DNA of 64,000 bases from contig CATNEN010000006.1 in NCBI GenBank assembly GCA_950097015.1, positions 372,001-436,000 on the forward strand, read 5' to 3'. Each line of letters starts with the position of its first letter. Position 1 is the stretch's first letter. This DNA is from Macrostomum hystrix (Eukaryota; Animalia; Platyhelminthes). The notes under the pieces were generated by a model. The model saw nothing but the letters and a program-made list of their open reading frames with translations. It did no database searches and had not been told where the DNA came from. Below, in pieces: positions 1 through 13,700 of the stretch. Position numbers and translations under genes: made by a program.

Positions 1-421
1 CCCACCAGAGATTTTGACCATCGCTGTCGATCTAAAATAGAAAATTTAATATAAAATCATAACTTAATTTTTTATTACTAAGAACATTATCAACTCGTTC
101 TCTCACCTCAGGCCTCTGCTGCAGGCGTTTGTTCATGTCGTGAATACGGACATCCGGTGTACCCATCATATATGGTTGCGGCAGGGGCGGCGGTGGCGGT
201 AACGGAGATCTGAAAAATGGTGGCATGGGTGGACTCGGATGGAACATCGGCTGCTGCTGCTGCTGCTGCTGCTGCGATACAAAATGTGAATGCGGCGACG
301 GCGGCGGCCCAAGCATCGACATCATTGGTCCGGCGAATGACACGGGCGACATGGCCGAAGGAGTCGGCGGCGGCGGCGGCGGCATGGCGTGATGCGCCAG
401 CCTGCCCTGAGCCTCCATCAT
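1..421 (-). CDS. LDB1: LIM domain-binding protein (LDB1/LDB2/Chip family), 5' coding part; gene continues beyond position 1
   Basis: Exon 107-421 (ATG at 421; Pro/Gln-rich N-terminus, then ...GTPDVRIHDMNKRLQQRPE) ends at a GTGAG donor. A 75-nt intron (32-106) ends in ttttag. The next exon (1-31) reads IDSDGQNLWW in frame. The joined sequence RIHDMNKRLQQRPEIDSDGQNLWW matches the start of the LDB dimerisation domain (RIYELNKRLQ...DNLWW), recognised from memory. Confidence 0.88.
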
Positions 422-1156
422 GCCGGAGACTGGGACAATTATTTTCTTGTTTAACAAACTGCAACCTCCTCGCTAGAGAGAGAGATTCCCAAAAATCTCG
501 GATGTCTCAAAACTGCTGGGGACCAGTTTGATATGGTCGATTGAGTTGCGTCGATTCAACCCACCCGATGACGATAGGCGGACGATGAGGAAGCCACCGT
601 TGAGTCTGCTGGGTGAGCCGCTGGTAAGAGAGGGTGCGTGGCCCGGGGGGTGTTTATTGGGGGGCCGAGGAGTGCGGAGGTGGCGGCGGGCGGGGTGGGG
701 ACTGGGCCTGCGCCACGTGAGGGGCAGATTTTGAGTAGGGGGGTGGGGGTGAGAGACGGAATGGGGTTAAAGGCAAGGAGTAAAACAGAGAGGGATGGCC
801 AGAGAAGAGAAAGACGACAAGACTAAACTTCCAGCGTACTAAGAGCAGCTCACACACTAGCCTACCCAAAGCATCCCGGCAGCACCGGGGCTGCTGTAAA
901 TATTTTTGTTGCTTCATAATTTCCAATTCGAACCCGTATTTGAGCAGCAAAACCGAAATCTGACTTTAAAAAAGACTAGCACGGTGAAAAAGGCCCGTTG
1001 TATTTAGAGGTCCGACGGAAGAACTAAACCGATGAAGACTTTACCAGTTCTTAACTCTAATTTGTGATTCACATCACTTCACCCTCTGAAAACAAAATAA
1101 TTCAGTTCGTTTGTGGAGTAGAAACTTCTGCTTCATGGAAGTAACCAATTGATCGG

Positions 1157-1440
1157 TCAACCACCTCACTACTATTGGCCTTCTGCAAGCAGCCACCTCA
1201 CTCCCCTTGGCCTTTTGCAAGCAGCCACCTCACTCCTTTTGGCCTTCTGCAAGCAACCACCTCACTCCTATTGGCCTTCTGCTAGCAGCCACCTCACTCC
1301 AGTTGGCCTTCTGCAAGCAGCCACCTCACTCCCCTTGGCCTTTTGCAAGCAGCCACCTCACTCCTTTTTGCCTTCTGCTAGCAGCCACCTCACTCCAGTT
1401 GGTCTTCTGCTAGCAGCCACCTCACTCCAATTGGCCTTTA
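1157..1440. repeat. 32-bp minisatellite (TTGGCCTTCTGCAAGCAGCCACCTCACTCCNN), about 9 copies
   Basis: Visible tandem repetition; accounts for ORFs 1149-1505 and 1207-1413. Confidence 0.9.
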
Positions 1441-1814
1441 ACGGGCAGCCAGCCAGTCTAGAGAAAGACAAAGAAAATCGGCAGAGTCGAGGACACGCGG
1501 ATTGAACAGATTTGGCGCCTCAAATCAATCTTCTTCCCGTTGTTTATTACGCTCTGAACGCGGCTTTAAAAGATCTACGTATTACACTATAGAACATTCG
1601 ACATATTTATCGTTACTATTTTCTCCCTCGCTCTATTCCACAGGGAGATGTTGGCTTGACTTGTCGGGTTGTGGGAAGAGAATGAGTGAGTGAGGGAGAA
1701 TTTTATCCCCTCCCCCAACGCCGAGACTCAGCATCATTTTGTCTATTGGAGAAAACATGTTGCCAGACTTTCAATCCTAAATCCTATTTGGCTATTCCTC
1801 CGTCTCTCGTTCTC

Positions 1815-1815
<1 letters not shown>

Positions 1816-1860
<45 letters not shown>
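1816..1860. repeat. (CAG)n microsatellite between the divergent LDB and MAP1 genes
   Basis: About 14 uninterrupted CAG units; a shorter run lies near 2285-2310. Confidence 0.9.
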
Positions 1861-4777
1861 TGTCTCTTTGTGTGGGTGCCGGTTTCAACTACAAACTAAC
1901 AACATCTGAACGCAGGCTTGGGGATGGCATGCCTTTTTCCTCTCTTCCTCTCCCTTCCTCCCTAGAGGGGAAGAGAAACTAACGCGCGTGTGTGAGCGAG
2001 GAAGAAAATAAAAGAGAGGCATAGAGCATATCGTCTACACCTAATACTTCCATGCCCATCTTGGGATGGAGGGAGGTGGTGTGTGGGGGGAGAATCTCCC
2101 CCCACAAGAGGAAGAGTGGGAATTGGCCAGCCTAGCCAGTCTCCCAACCAATCCGGCATGTTGGGATATCACGAAAAACCAGTGGTTAGAGAACCAGCAA
2201 GGAGAGAGCGAGAGAGATGGGGACCAGAACTTAACTACCCGCCTCGGCCATGACTTCGTCCCATGAGCAGCCCGGCAGTAGCGGCGGCAGCAGCAGCAGC
2301 AGCAGCAGCAGCTCCTCCCTGGTAGCAACTACAACTACATGGCTGGTTGCCCAGACTTCATAAATCTTCCACCAGCCAACCAGGCTAAGCCCTAATCCTC
2401 ACGGTTACGTCTGTCAAACAGCAGCATTATGGCTCAGTACAGTCCACCCATGGCACTGCAATCTACAACAATGGGAATTTAGAGGAGGTTGGTTTAGTTG
2501 GCTTGGGTAGCAATGCAATATATTGCGGGGCATTGTGGGATTTGAGTTAGTTGCTGGTACGAGAAAAATATTGTATTTTAATCTTGCAGCCAATGTTTAT
2601 TGCTAACAACGCTGGAGATTCTGTACTAAATTTATTGCACAAAAATGTGTTAATATTGGGCTTTCTTGTTTGTCCAGAAAAAAAAGTTGTTTTCTTGTCT
2701 CTACAAAAGTAGCTACACCTTAGCTAGCTGTATCTGTATTTGGGCCAAACGTACAGCCAGCGGCGGTTGTTGCATGGTGCATTCAATTCAGTTCTGTTCT
2801 GTCCATGGACGGTGAGGCTTTTACTGGCATATCCACTGGACTAAAAAAATATCCCTTTGGCACGAACAAGACTTCTTACCTTAAATTTTTTAAACCGAAA
2901 ATGTTACAAGGCAGGCCTGATTGAGTTGAGATAAGAATTGCTGCTCGGGTTTTGACGATAGAATCTCTCGCTTTTCTCTTATATAGGGAGCTATACCATT
3001 GAGCCAACCGAGTCACACTGATATTTTCATTGTCGGATGATAGATTAACGCGACAAACGCTGAATTAACAGGTGCCACTAGCTTAATAATTAATCTGTAG
3101 CAAGTGAGCAATGAGCGGAATCAGAGTCGCTCTGCTCAGACTCCGAGAGATCAAAGACCAGAGACTAGACTGTATGACATGAATCGTTTGTCGTCACTCC
3201 AACCAACTTGTATTTCGCGGTACAAAAACTTGTGCTAACACAAATTAGTTGATAATTGATATAGGCGAACTTGATTGATTGGTTTGGTCCTGTTCTCAGG
3301 CTCAGAGCTGCATGGAGATGTCAAGCTAGCAAAATTGTGTGCTCAACTTGCTTGCTCTAGTTTTTAAAGGGTAGAAAATATTAGATCATTAAGCTCGATC
3401 CCGCCGCTTGCTCAGTAAAGTCACCGCACGACTTAAAGCGAAACTTTCTTCCTTATTAGCTCGTATATACTCTAGGAAAGAATTATAAGAAATCTGGAAA
3501 ATCATTAGCTGAAAATCATTCTCTCGAAGTTAAAAAAAAATATTTTTAGCGCATAAGAGAAGCTCGTAATAACCGTAGAAAAAAATTATACTCGACAGAT
3601 GGTTTAAGAAAGTTTCCTTGTCAGATTAGTTTGCGAAGATCTTTCGAGCTTGCGAACCACTGAGCAGATGGCCGATATCTGGAAATAATTTAATTAAATG
3701 AGCTTCTATTTAGATAGGTTGATTGATTAAAGAATTTCCGTTTTGGCTTAGCGACTTTTGTAAAAATTTCTGGACAAAGACCGCATCATTACGTCATGCC
3801 GCACTATAAAGGCGTCACCTGAACGTTTTAATCTTCCTTTGTTCCTCTTTCTTGCTTCTTCCTCCTCGTGGTTAGTTAAAAAAGTGACCGAGGGATCTAG
3901 AGATGAAACTGTATGAAGAAGTAAATAGAGATTTGGACTTCTGACAGTTTGTGCTTGCATGAGCAGTACAATTATTTAAATATTGCTTTAAGCTCACCCA
4001 CATGTGAAATGGGTACCAGCATTAGCTGGAATAGAAATCAGTAGGCCGTGTATCTTATTAGTTTTTCACTTAAAATTCACTCAAACTCGCATTATCATGC
4101 AAGTAATTTTTTAGGTTTTTCGGCACTTTGGATTATGCAGTACCTGCCTGTAATTCAGTAATTTTACATTTTTCGCTTATATTTATCGGTCACAGCAATT
4201 CTGGTCTAGCAACAAAAAAGTCTTATATAGTTAATAGCAGTTTTGCATTGCAACATTGCCATGTTCAACGACTTTCCACCCCACACAGATTACTGGAGTG
4301 GCAATTTTTAGATTAAAAAGGAAACAAAGCTAGATAAAGAATGAAATCTGAAAGATGCATACTTTTTTGGCGCTTAATTATGCAATTAACTAAATTCTAC
4401 ACTTTGGCTTATAATTCTCTGTTGTGAAAAATGAAAGGATAATCAAGTTAATCAATTAGACGGTCATAATTTATGAAAATGTTAATTCATATTATTTAAG
4501 ACCGGAAGCAGCAGATTTCCTAAGAAATTTATATCAAATGGTGTCCGTGACATATAAAAGTTTCATGAGCGCTTTTATTTTCTTAAAAGAGTTTTAAAAA
4601 AGCAAAGAAATGCTGAAATTACATTTATTTATAACTGTACTGTCATCAAACTTTTTGCTAAGAAAATTTGTTTTATTACTTGCGAGCGAACATAAAAGGC
4701 GCCAATCTGAAGTCTTTCTTATCATTTTCCGCCTTCTTAGTTTCGAGGACCGACCAGCTAAAGAAGTCTCAATAAGC

Positions 4778-7700
4778 ATGGCGGGACAAACGTGTCTTTT
4801 TGTTGTTCTCGGTCGTTGTTGCACCGAGGAGGATTATGAATATCAAAAGAAATTACTGACTGCAGGTGAATTAGCGACAGTTTTTCTATACTGTTACTTG
4901 TATATTTTAACGCGAACCTATAGGGTTTGTAAAATAAAAAACAGTCCGATCCTAACAGAAACTATATCATTAATTGAAAACATTTTAAATGTTATACTAA
5001 GTAATAAGTCTTGTTTTTACGATCGAATATGAAATACATTTTACACCAGAGTACAATACAGTGCTTACAAATTCTAAAAAATATTAAAAATTAAATACTG
5101 AATTTCTAGACACAAATGAAGAATCCAAATTATAAATATAGCTTAAAAATAAGTATTTGCTAGCTATAAGTCTATGTTGATTGTTTATTTTATATGTTAA
5201 TTTTATTTATATTTTTTATTCTACTTAATTTACGAAAATTCGGATTGTCTTTTAAAGATGCATTTCAATTTCTAGTTTATTTTAAGCCCAAAACTTACAA
5301 AGAAAACAAAATAACATTTTCAATAAAACAGGACTGCTGGCATGGGAGGGACTCACTAAGCCGGACCTGAACGCGGACCTCCTGGAGATTCTGTCCGCTG
5401 CCAGTGCGTCATCTGGCAAGGATGAACGAGAAGGTGAGCTAACAAGGATATTAGAAAATTTATTATTACCCTATAAAATAGTTTCTCCACAATCGCTGTC
5501 GTTAATTTCTATAATAAGAAAAACGTTTTAGGTAGACTTGTAAATTCAAATTATATTGCGAAACAGATTCATTAGGTTCATTGTTAATGTAAAATATATT
5601 TACTAATCCGTTTAAACTATAAAAGAGTGCAATTGAATTGAGTGCATGAATATTCATGGACAGAATGAAATGCAATTTTTATGCCTTTCAAAGAGCAGAT
5701 CCACGACTGGAACTCATCTCGCAGAGTGGCAGAGAGGAAGGGGGGCCGAATGTGGCCTGACAGTGAACACTGGTCTTGAAAGACCATCCTTCAAGGAGGG
5801 CCTCAGCGGCGTTGGGCGGAAGAAGAGCAGAAGAATGAGCCGGAGCAGGCACGGGGGGGTGCGGAAAATCCTCCGTCTGGAACGGCGGGACAGCCAACCG
5901 CTGTATGCTCCGCTGCTTCAGGTCCTACATGTGACGCCTGGGGTGGGGTGGAGGGTGAGCAGAATGTTGCTCGCCAACGGCCCCCGGGGAGACCGGTCTC
6001 AAATTCATACTTCCCCTCCTTCTCTGCTTTTTCCTCCGGCCTGCTCTCACAGAGCCGCTTCTATTGCTTTCCGTCATTTTATTTAACGCCATCAAATGAG
6101 CCCGCTCTCCCTCTCTCTCAGAGTCTGTCTGTCTCACCATTTCTCTCGACAGAATGAGTCCTTTGGGGGAGACAGCATGGCTGTTTGGTTGAATGCACTA
6201 TTCATCCTTCGCAAGTCTCCTAAAGATCAGAGTTCTACTTGCATATCTACGAGTATATTGGAGCTGGGTCTCATGCCTAGTTGCAATCAAAGACTGTCTG
6301 GGATTGTTGTGAACAGAGACAGTGTGAGTTTGTGTCAGTTGTGAACAGAGACTGTGAGTTTGTGTCAGTTGTGAACAGAGACAGTGTGAGTTTGTGTCAG
6401 TTGTGAACAGAGACAGTGTGAGTTTGTGTCAGTTGTGAACAGAGACAGTGTGAGTTTGTGTCTGTTGTGAACAGAGACAGTGTGAGTTTGTGTCAGTTGT
6501 GAACAGAGACTGTGAGTTTGTGTCAGTTGTGAACAGAGACAGTGTGAGTTTGTGTCAGTTGTGAACAGAGACAGTGTGAGTTTGTGTCAGTTGTGAACAG
6601 AGTCAGTGTGAGTTTGTGTCAGTTGTGAACAGAGACAGTGTGAGTTTGTGTCAGTTGTGAACAGAGACAGTGTGAGTTTGTGTCAGTTGTGAACAGAGAC
6701 AGTGTGAGTTTGTGTCTGTTGTGAACAGAGACAGTGTGAGTTTGTGTCTGTTGTGAACAGAGACAGTGTGAGTTTGTGTCAGTTGTGAACAGAGATAGTG
6801 TGATTTTGTGTCTGTTGTGAACAGAGACAGTGTGAGTTTGTGTCTGTTGTGAACAGAGACAGTGTGAGTTTGTGTCAGTTGTGAACAGAGTCAGTGTGAG
6901 TTTGTGTCAGTTGTGAACAGAGTCAGTGTGAGTTTGTGTCAGTTGTGAACAGAGTCAGTGTGAGTTTGTGTCAGTTGTGAACAGAGACAGTGTGAGTTTG
7001 TGTCTGTTGTGAACAGAGTCAGTGTGAGTTTGTGTCAGTTGTGAACAGAGATAGTGTGATTTTGTGTCTGTTGTGAACAGAGATAGTGTGATTTTGTGTC
7101 TGTTGTGAACAGAGACAGTGTGAGTTTGTGTCTGTTGTGAACAGAGACAGTGTGAGTTTGTGTCAGTTGTGAACAGAGTCAGTGTGAGTTTGTGTCAGTT
7201 GTGAACAGAGTCAGTGTGAGTTTGTGTCAGTTGTGAACAGAGACAGTGTGAGTTTGTGTCTGTTGTGAACAGAGACAGTGTGAGTTTGTGTCAGTTGTCA
7301 ACAGAGACAGTGTGAGTTTGTGTCAGTTGTGAACAGAGACAGTGTGAGTTTGTGTCAGTTGTGAACAGAGACAGTGTGAGTTTGTGTCAGTTGTGAACAG
7401 AGACAGTGTGAGTTTGTGTCAGTTGTGAACAGAGATAGTGTGATTTTGTGTCTGTTGTGAACAGAGACAGTGTGAGTTTGTGTCAGTTGTGAACAGAGTC
7501 AGTGTGAGTTTGTGTCAGTTGTGAACAGAGACAGTGTGAGTTTGTGTCAGTTGTGAACAGAGACAGTGTGAGTTTGTGTCAGTTGTGAACAGAGACAGTG
7601 TGAGTTTGTGTCAGTTGTGAACAGAGACAGTGTGAGTTTGTGTCAGTTGTGAACAGAGACAGTGTGAGTTTGTGTCAGTTGTGAACAGAGACAGTGTGAC

Positions 7701-10700
7701 TTTTTGATAATTACTCAGAAGGCTGTAGAAGTTTATGGCTCAGGGTCTGACTGCTGCAATTAGCACCCAGGTGCTAATTAGTCTAAAATGGCACAGAGGC
7801 ATAATTATCTGCGGGTAAAGACGGACTGGAAGATAAAAGGTAAACCGATACAGCTGAGGGAGTCGATTGCGGCGCCGATTTGGCCGATGGCACAAAAAAG
7901 TACAAATTAATGGTTGCCTCTGTCTCCTATTTTTTCGGCCTTTTTCTTAGACGAAGCCCGGCTCAGTTTGTTTGTGCTCCTAGTTGAGTCAAAGGAATTT
8001 ATGATAGGCAATATACTATAGCATTAAACTTAGTCTGCAGTATAATATATGCTTCATTTATGGCTATAATTCTCTGAGGGCTGCCAAATTTTTTTCCAGA
8101 CAGTCCGCAGCAACTAATTCTCCTCGCTTCTTACCAGCCCAAAAAGTTCTCTGCCCAATCCCAGACAGCAACTCAAAACTATCTGCGGCCTTCCAGACTC
8201 TAGTGATTGATTGTACTCATTATCATGTTCAGCACTGCTGAAGCTTGAAGAAATGCATCCAGTTCTGAAATTTGTTCTTTGAAATCTTCTTCGACTTTCC
8301 CTACTCTTTCTCATTCTCTTTAAGCCACCTGCTTTTTATTTCAGTCTTCAAAGCTGACCAAATCGATGGCTTATTGATTTGAACAGAAAACTTCACTTCA
8401 GAGGAAGAAGAAAATTAACTTTTCCCTAGGCTCAAGTTCTTCACTATGCCTCTCTTCCCCACACTCTGTTCTCATCCTCATTACCTACCAGCCTGTTTGA
8501 GCACTATTCATAGTAAAAGGACAGTTGTGCATGAGGGGCAACTGGCTAATGAACTTTTTTAGTCGCGACGCAAACGCGACGCGACGCGCCCTATGGACTC
8601 ATGTTTGTCGCTCCCTGATTCACTGAGGTCCTAGCTGGCCAATTTTGCCTTTCATTATTCTTGGTTTTGTTTCGTCAAGTTTAACGGGTGAAAATTTGTT
8701 TTCGCCTGTGACTAATTGTGCAATCAATTTGCCGCCAGCCGATGTGGATCTTCATAGCTCGTAATTGATTTTCAAGCTCTACCAGTTGGCCTTTATTCTA
8801 ATACACTATCGGTTCGATTCTTATGCGTCATCTTGTCTCCCTTCGCTCCTCTCTCCTGTCTCCTCTCTCCTGTCTCCTCTCTCCTGTCTTCTCTCTCCTC
8901 TCTCTTATCTCCTCTCTCTTATCTCCTCTCTCCTCTCTCCTCTCTCCTCTCTCCTCTCTCCTCTCTCCTCTCTCCTCTCTCCTCTCCCCTGTCTTCTCTC
9001 TCCTCTCCCCTGTCTCCTCTCTCGTCTCTCCTCTCTCCTCTCTCCTCTCTCGTCTCTCCTCTCTCTTATCTCATCTCTCGTCTCTCCTGTCTCCCGTCTC
9101 TTATCTCCTCTATCCTCTCTCCTCTCTCTTCTCTCCACTCTTGTCTCTCCTCTCTCCTCTCTCCTCTCTCCTCTCTCCTCTCCCCTGTCTCCTCTCTCCT
9201 CTCCCCTGTCTCCTCTCTCGTCTCTCCTCTATCCTCTCTCCTCTCTCGTCTCTCCTCTCTCTTATCTCATCTCTCGTCTCTCCTGTCTCCCGTCTCTTAT
9301 CTCTTCTATCCTCTCTCCTCTCTCTTCTCTCCACTCTTGTCTCTCCTCTCTCCTCTCCCCTGTCTCCTCTCTCTTATCTCCTCTCTCCTCTCCCCTGTCT
9401 CCTCTCTCTTATCTCCTCTCTATTCTCACTCTTATCACCTCTCTCCTCTCTCCTCTCTTCTCTCTCCTCTCTCCTCTCCCCTCTCTCCTCTCCTCTGTCT
9501 CCTCTCTCTTATCTCCTCTCTCCTCTCCCCTGTCTCCTCTCTCTTATCTCCTCTCTATTCTCACTCTTATCACCTCTCTCCTCTCTCCTCTCTTCTCTCT
9601 CCTCTCTCCTCTCCCCTCTCTCCTCTCCTCTGTCTCCTCTCTCTTATCTCCTCTCTCCTCTCCCCTGTCTCCTCTCTCTTATCTCCTCTCTATTCTCACT
9701 CTTATCACCTCTCTCTCCTCTCTCCTCTCTCCTCTGTCCTCTCGCCTTTCTCCTCTCTCCTTTTTCTTGTGTACTCTCTCCTCTCTGTCCCTTTCCCCCT
9801 CAGAAAGCACTCTCAAATCTCTCATTACCAGCGCAGCAACAGTAAGTGTTCAAGGGGAGAATTAAGGGATGGAAAAACTGCTTGAGTCTCCCATTTCCTC
9901 CAGGGGGGGGGAAACGGAAGGGAAAAGAAGTGGAAGTAAAGTAGATTTGTCAACCATTCTCCCTCCATATACGAGCACTAGACAGTCAAAAATAAACTGG
10001 CAATTGGAGACTTCGCGTCTGCCTCGCGCGACGCTACATGCAAGACGAGATGATCAAGAGGACGGCAGTCAGTCGCAGCTCTAGACAGTCAGGGGCGGGG
10101 CTGTCAACGCACTTTTTAGGCAGCAAACGGTTGTTGTACTGTTCAGAGAGACAGAGAGTCAGGGGAGGGAATTGGCGCTTAAACTACGGAGGGCATTCTC
10201 CCTCTATAGTCTGATCTTTCACGTTCCCATCTTTCCTAGAAAGCCTAGCCGCTCACAGTTCTCAATTAGACTCCACTATACTTCCCAGAAGTTCCCTGGA
10301 ACCGACGCGTCTCTCAAACTTTGTGTGCTCAAACTTTGTGTGCTCAAACTTTGTGTGCGTGCGCGCGTGTCTGCGCTACTCTGACAGTCTCCAAGTAAAA
10401 AAAGGGGAAAACAGGATTATGTGGAAAACAGGACAGAGAACAGAGCTGCAGAAATTTATGCATGACCAGCGAGATTTCATTGTGATGAAAAGTACATTCT
10501 CTGTTGTACTTTCGACCTAAGGAAAAATTGATCAAGTTCAGCTATAATATTCCGTTCGCCTAGATTAAAGTACCAGTTGATAATATTGCAGACTGTCCAG
10601 TTTAGATTGTTCTGCTAGCCAGTTTGACAGGCCTAACTCAAGCTGATGTCTGCAATTATCGACACTTGTCGATTTGAATTTTCAGTTCAATTTGTTTTCG

Positions 10701-13700
10701 ATTGTGCTTCACAAAATAATTACCAAATCGACTTAAAATGAGGATAAAATTAAGGATTCGATTTGGACAAAAGTTGACACTGGGGATAGGCTAAGATTAA
10801 GGATAGGATGCATGGGGATAAGATAAGAGGGGTGAAAAGACAAGAGTGGGATAAGATAAGAGTGGGATAAGATAAGAGTGGGATGAGACAAGAGTGGGAT
10901 GAGACAAGAGTGGGATAAGATACGAGTGGGCTAAGATAAGAGTGGGATAAGATACGAGTGGGATAAGATAAGAGTGGGATGAGACAAAAGTGGAGATAAG
11001 ATAAGAGTGGGATAAGATAAGAGTGGGGTAAGATACGAGTGGGATAAGATACAAGTGGGCTAAGATATGAGTGGGATAAGATAAGAGTGGGATAAGATAA
11101 GAGGGAGATAAGATACGAGTGGGATAAGATAAGAGTGGGGTAAGATACGAGTGGGATAAGATACAAGTGGGCTAATATAAGAGTGGGATGAGACAAGAGT
11201 GGAGATAAGATAAGAGGGAGATAAGATAAGAGTGCGATAAGATAAGAGTCAGATAAGATAAGAGTCAGATAAGATAAGAGTGGGATGAGACAAGAGTGGA
11301 GATAAGATAAGAGGGAGATAAGATAAGAGGGAGATAAGATACGAGTGGGATAAGATAAGAGTGGGATAAGATAAGAGTGGGATAAGATAAGATAAGAGTG
11401 GGATAAGATAAGAGTGGGATAAGATAAGAGTGGGATAAGATAAGATAAGAGTGGGATAAGATAAGAGTGGGATAAGATAAGAGTGGGATAAGATAAGAGT
11501 TGGATAAGATAAGAGTGGGATAAGATAAGAGTGGGATGAGACAAGAGTGGAGATAAGATAAGAGGGAGATAAGATAAGAGGGAGATAAGATACGAGTGGG
11601 ATAAGATAAGAGTGGGCTAAGATATGAGTGGGATAAGATAAGAGTGGGATAAGATAAGAGGGAGATAAGATACGAGTGGGATAAGATACGAGTGGGATAA
11701 GATAAGAGTGGGATAAGATACGAGTGGGCTAAGACAAGAGTGGAGATAAGATACGAGTGGGATAAGATAAGAGTGGGGTAAGATACGAGTGGGATAAGAT
11801 ACAAGTGGGATAAGATAAGAGTGGGATGAGACAAGAGTGGAGATAAGATAAGAGGGAGATAAGATAAGAGTGGGATAAGATAAGAGTCAGATAAGATAAG
11901 AGTCAGATAAGATAAGAGTGGGATGAGACAAGAGTGGAGATAAGATAAGAGGGAGATAAGATAAGAGTGGGCTAAGATATGAGTGGGATAAGATAAGAGC
12001 GGGATAAGATAAGAGGGAGATAAGATACGAGTGGGATAAGATACGAGTGGGATAAGATAAGAGTGGGATAAGATACGAGTGGGCTAAGACAAGAGTGGAG
12101 ATAAGATACGAGTGGGATAAGATAAGAGTGGGGTAAGATACGAGTGGGATAAGATACAAGTGGGCTAAGATAAGAGTTGGATGAGACAAGAGTGGAGATA
12201 AGATAAGAGGGAGATAAGATAAGAGTGGGATAAGATAAGAGTCAGATAAGATAAGAGTCAGATAAGATAAGAGTGGGATGAGACAAGAGTGGAGATAAGA
12301 TAAGAGGGAGATAAGATAAGAGGGAGATAAGATACGAGTGGGATAAGATAAGAGTGGGATAAGATAAGAGTGGGATAAGATAAGATAAGAGTGGGATAAG
12401 ATAAGAGTGGGATAAGATAAGAGTGGGATAAGATAAGATAAGAGTGGGATAAGATAAGAGTGGGATAAGATAAGAGTGGGATAAGATAAGAGTGGGATAA
12501 GATAAGAGTGGGATAAGATAAGAGTGGGATAAGATACGAGTGTGGCTTCTGAGGCAATATACACTACGCAGGTCAACACAAACCCATCCGCAGCGGCTCT
12601 GACCAGTGCATCTGAGAGCGGCCGTCTCCGCCTGGTTCTGCTGGCCAATCCGGATCATTCCACTCTGGCAGCTGAGCTGGCTAGTCCGGCTCTCGCCGCC
12701 TCCGTCTGCGACGGAGTCCATCTCGTGTACGCCGGTCCCGTCACCTCCGAGTACGGCGACTGGGCCCTGTCAGACGTCGCGCTGAGCCCAGGCCGTCTGG
12801 CTCGACTGCTGCCTTCGACGCCGGCCCCGGACGAGAATCCGCAGGCGCGGGTCCGGGTTCGAGTCTGCGGTCCGTGCGCCACGCCGCACTGGCGCGCCCT
12901 GGCCGGCGCCGTCACATCCGTCCGGCAGCTGGAACCGGCAGAGGCCGCCGAAGCGTCGGCGATCACAACAGCGGGACTAGGGCCGGCCAGACTGGCCGAC
13001 ATGATCTGCGAATGGGCGACGTCTAGCACCACCTCGGCGCAGCAGCCCGACATTGTGTCGCAGCCGGCGCCTCCACCGCTGTCGTCACCGCGACGACCTA
13101 GGATCTTAATCTTCGACGACGGCGATGCGGCCAGCTGTCACATCGGAGTTGACGGCTTCCAGCTGGTGTGCAACGCAGGCGCCGGTCAGCAGCTGGACTG
13201 TTGGCGCCACCTGCGGCAGCAGAAGCGGCGCCTGGATGCGCTGCTGGTGACGCACTGGTCCAGCGACACGGCGCCCGGACTTCGCGCCCTCATGGAGCAG
13301 CTGGACGCCGCCGCCAGGTCTGGCGATCCGGAGGCGGCTGCGGCTGCCGAATTGGGAGCCGTCCTGCTGCCCTGCCGTCCGGCTGGCGGCGACACGGCTG
13401 CCGATAACGACGGAGGTTCGAGGCCTAGCTTGGGAAAAGTTTCTTTTGCATTCTCATTTAGGCTGTTTAACGTTTTCTTGAGTTCGAGAAAGTCGAGGCA
13501 AGACCCAAAGATGCTCAGCTAATCAAGGGTTATGCTGTGGGGATCAAGGATTATGCGGTGGGGATCAAGGATTATGCGCTGGGGATCAAGGATTATGCGG
13601 TGGGGATCAAGAATTATGAGTTGGGGATCAAGGATGTTCAAGTAAGATCTCAATGGTCAGTTAGGATACTTGATATTCAGCGTGGATCCAGGATGTTCAG

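Noticed and set aside
6306-7698. 32-bp (and 30-bp at 56145-58440) repeats of CRISPR-like length
   Set aside because: Head-to-tail with no unique spacers, no cas genes, and a eukaryotic intron or intergenic context.
8100-8500. Possible decayed LINE ORF2 tail on the minus strand (…EIKSRW…, FRTG)
   Set aside because: Only a few residues of resemblance, broken by stops; insufficient without a profile search.
8765-12721. Long ORFs rich in L/S/P or L/I/S/Y/H in several frames
   Set aside because: Translations of stop-free satellite strands inside MAP1 intron 2; open in multiple frames with no domain content.
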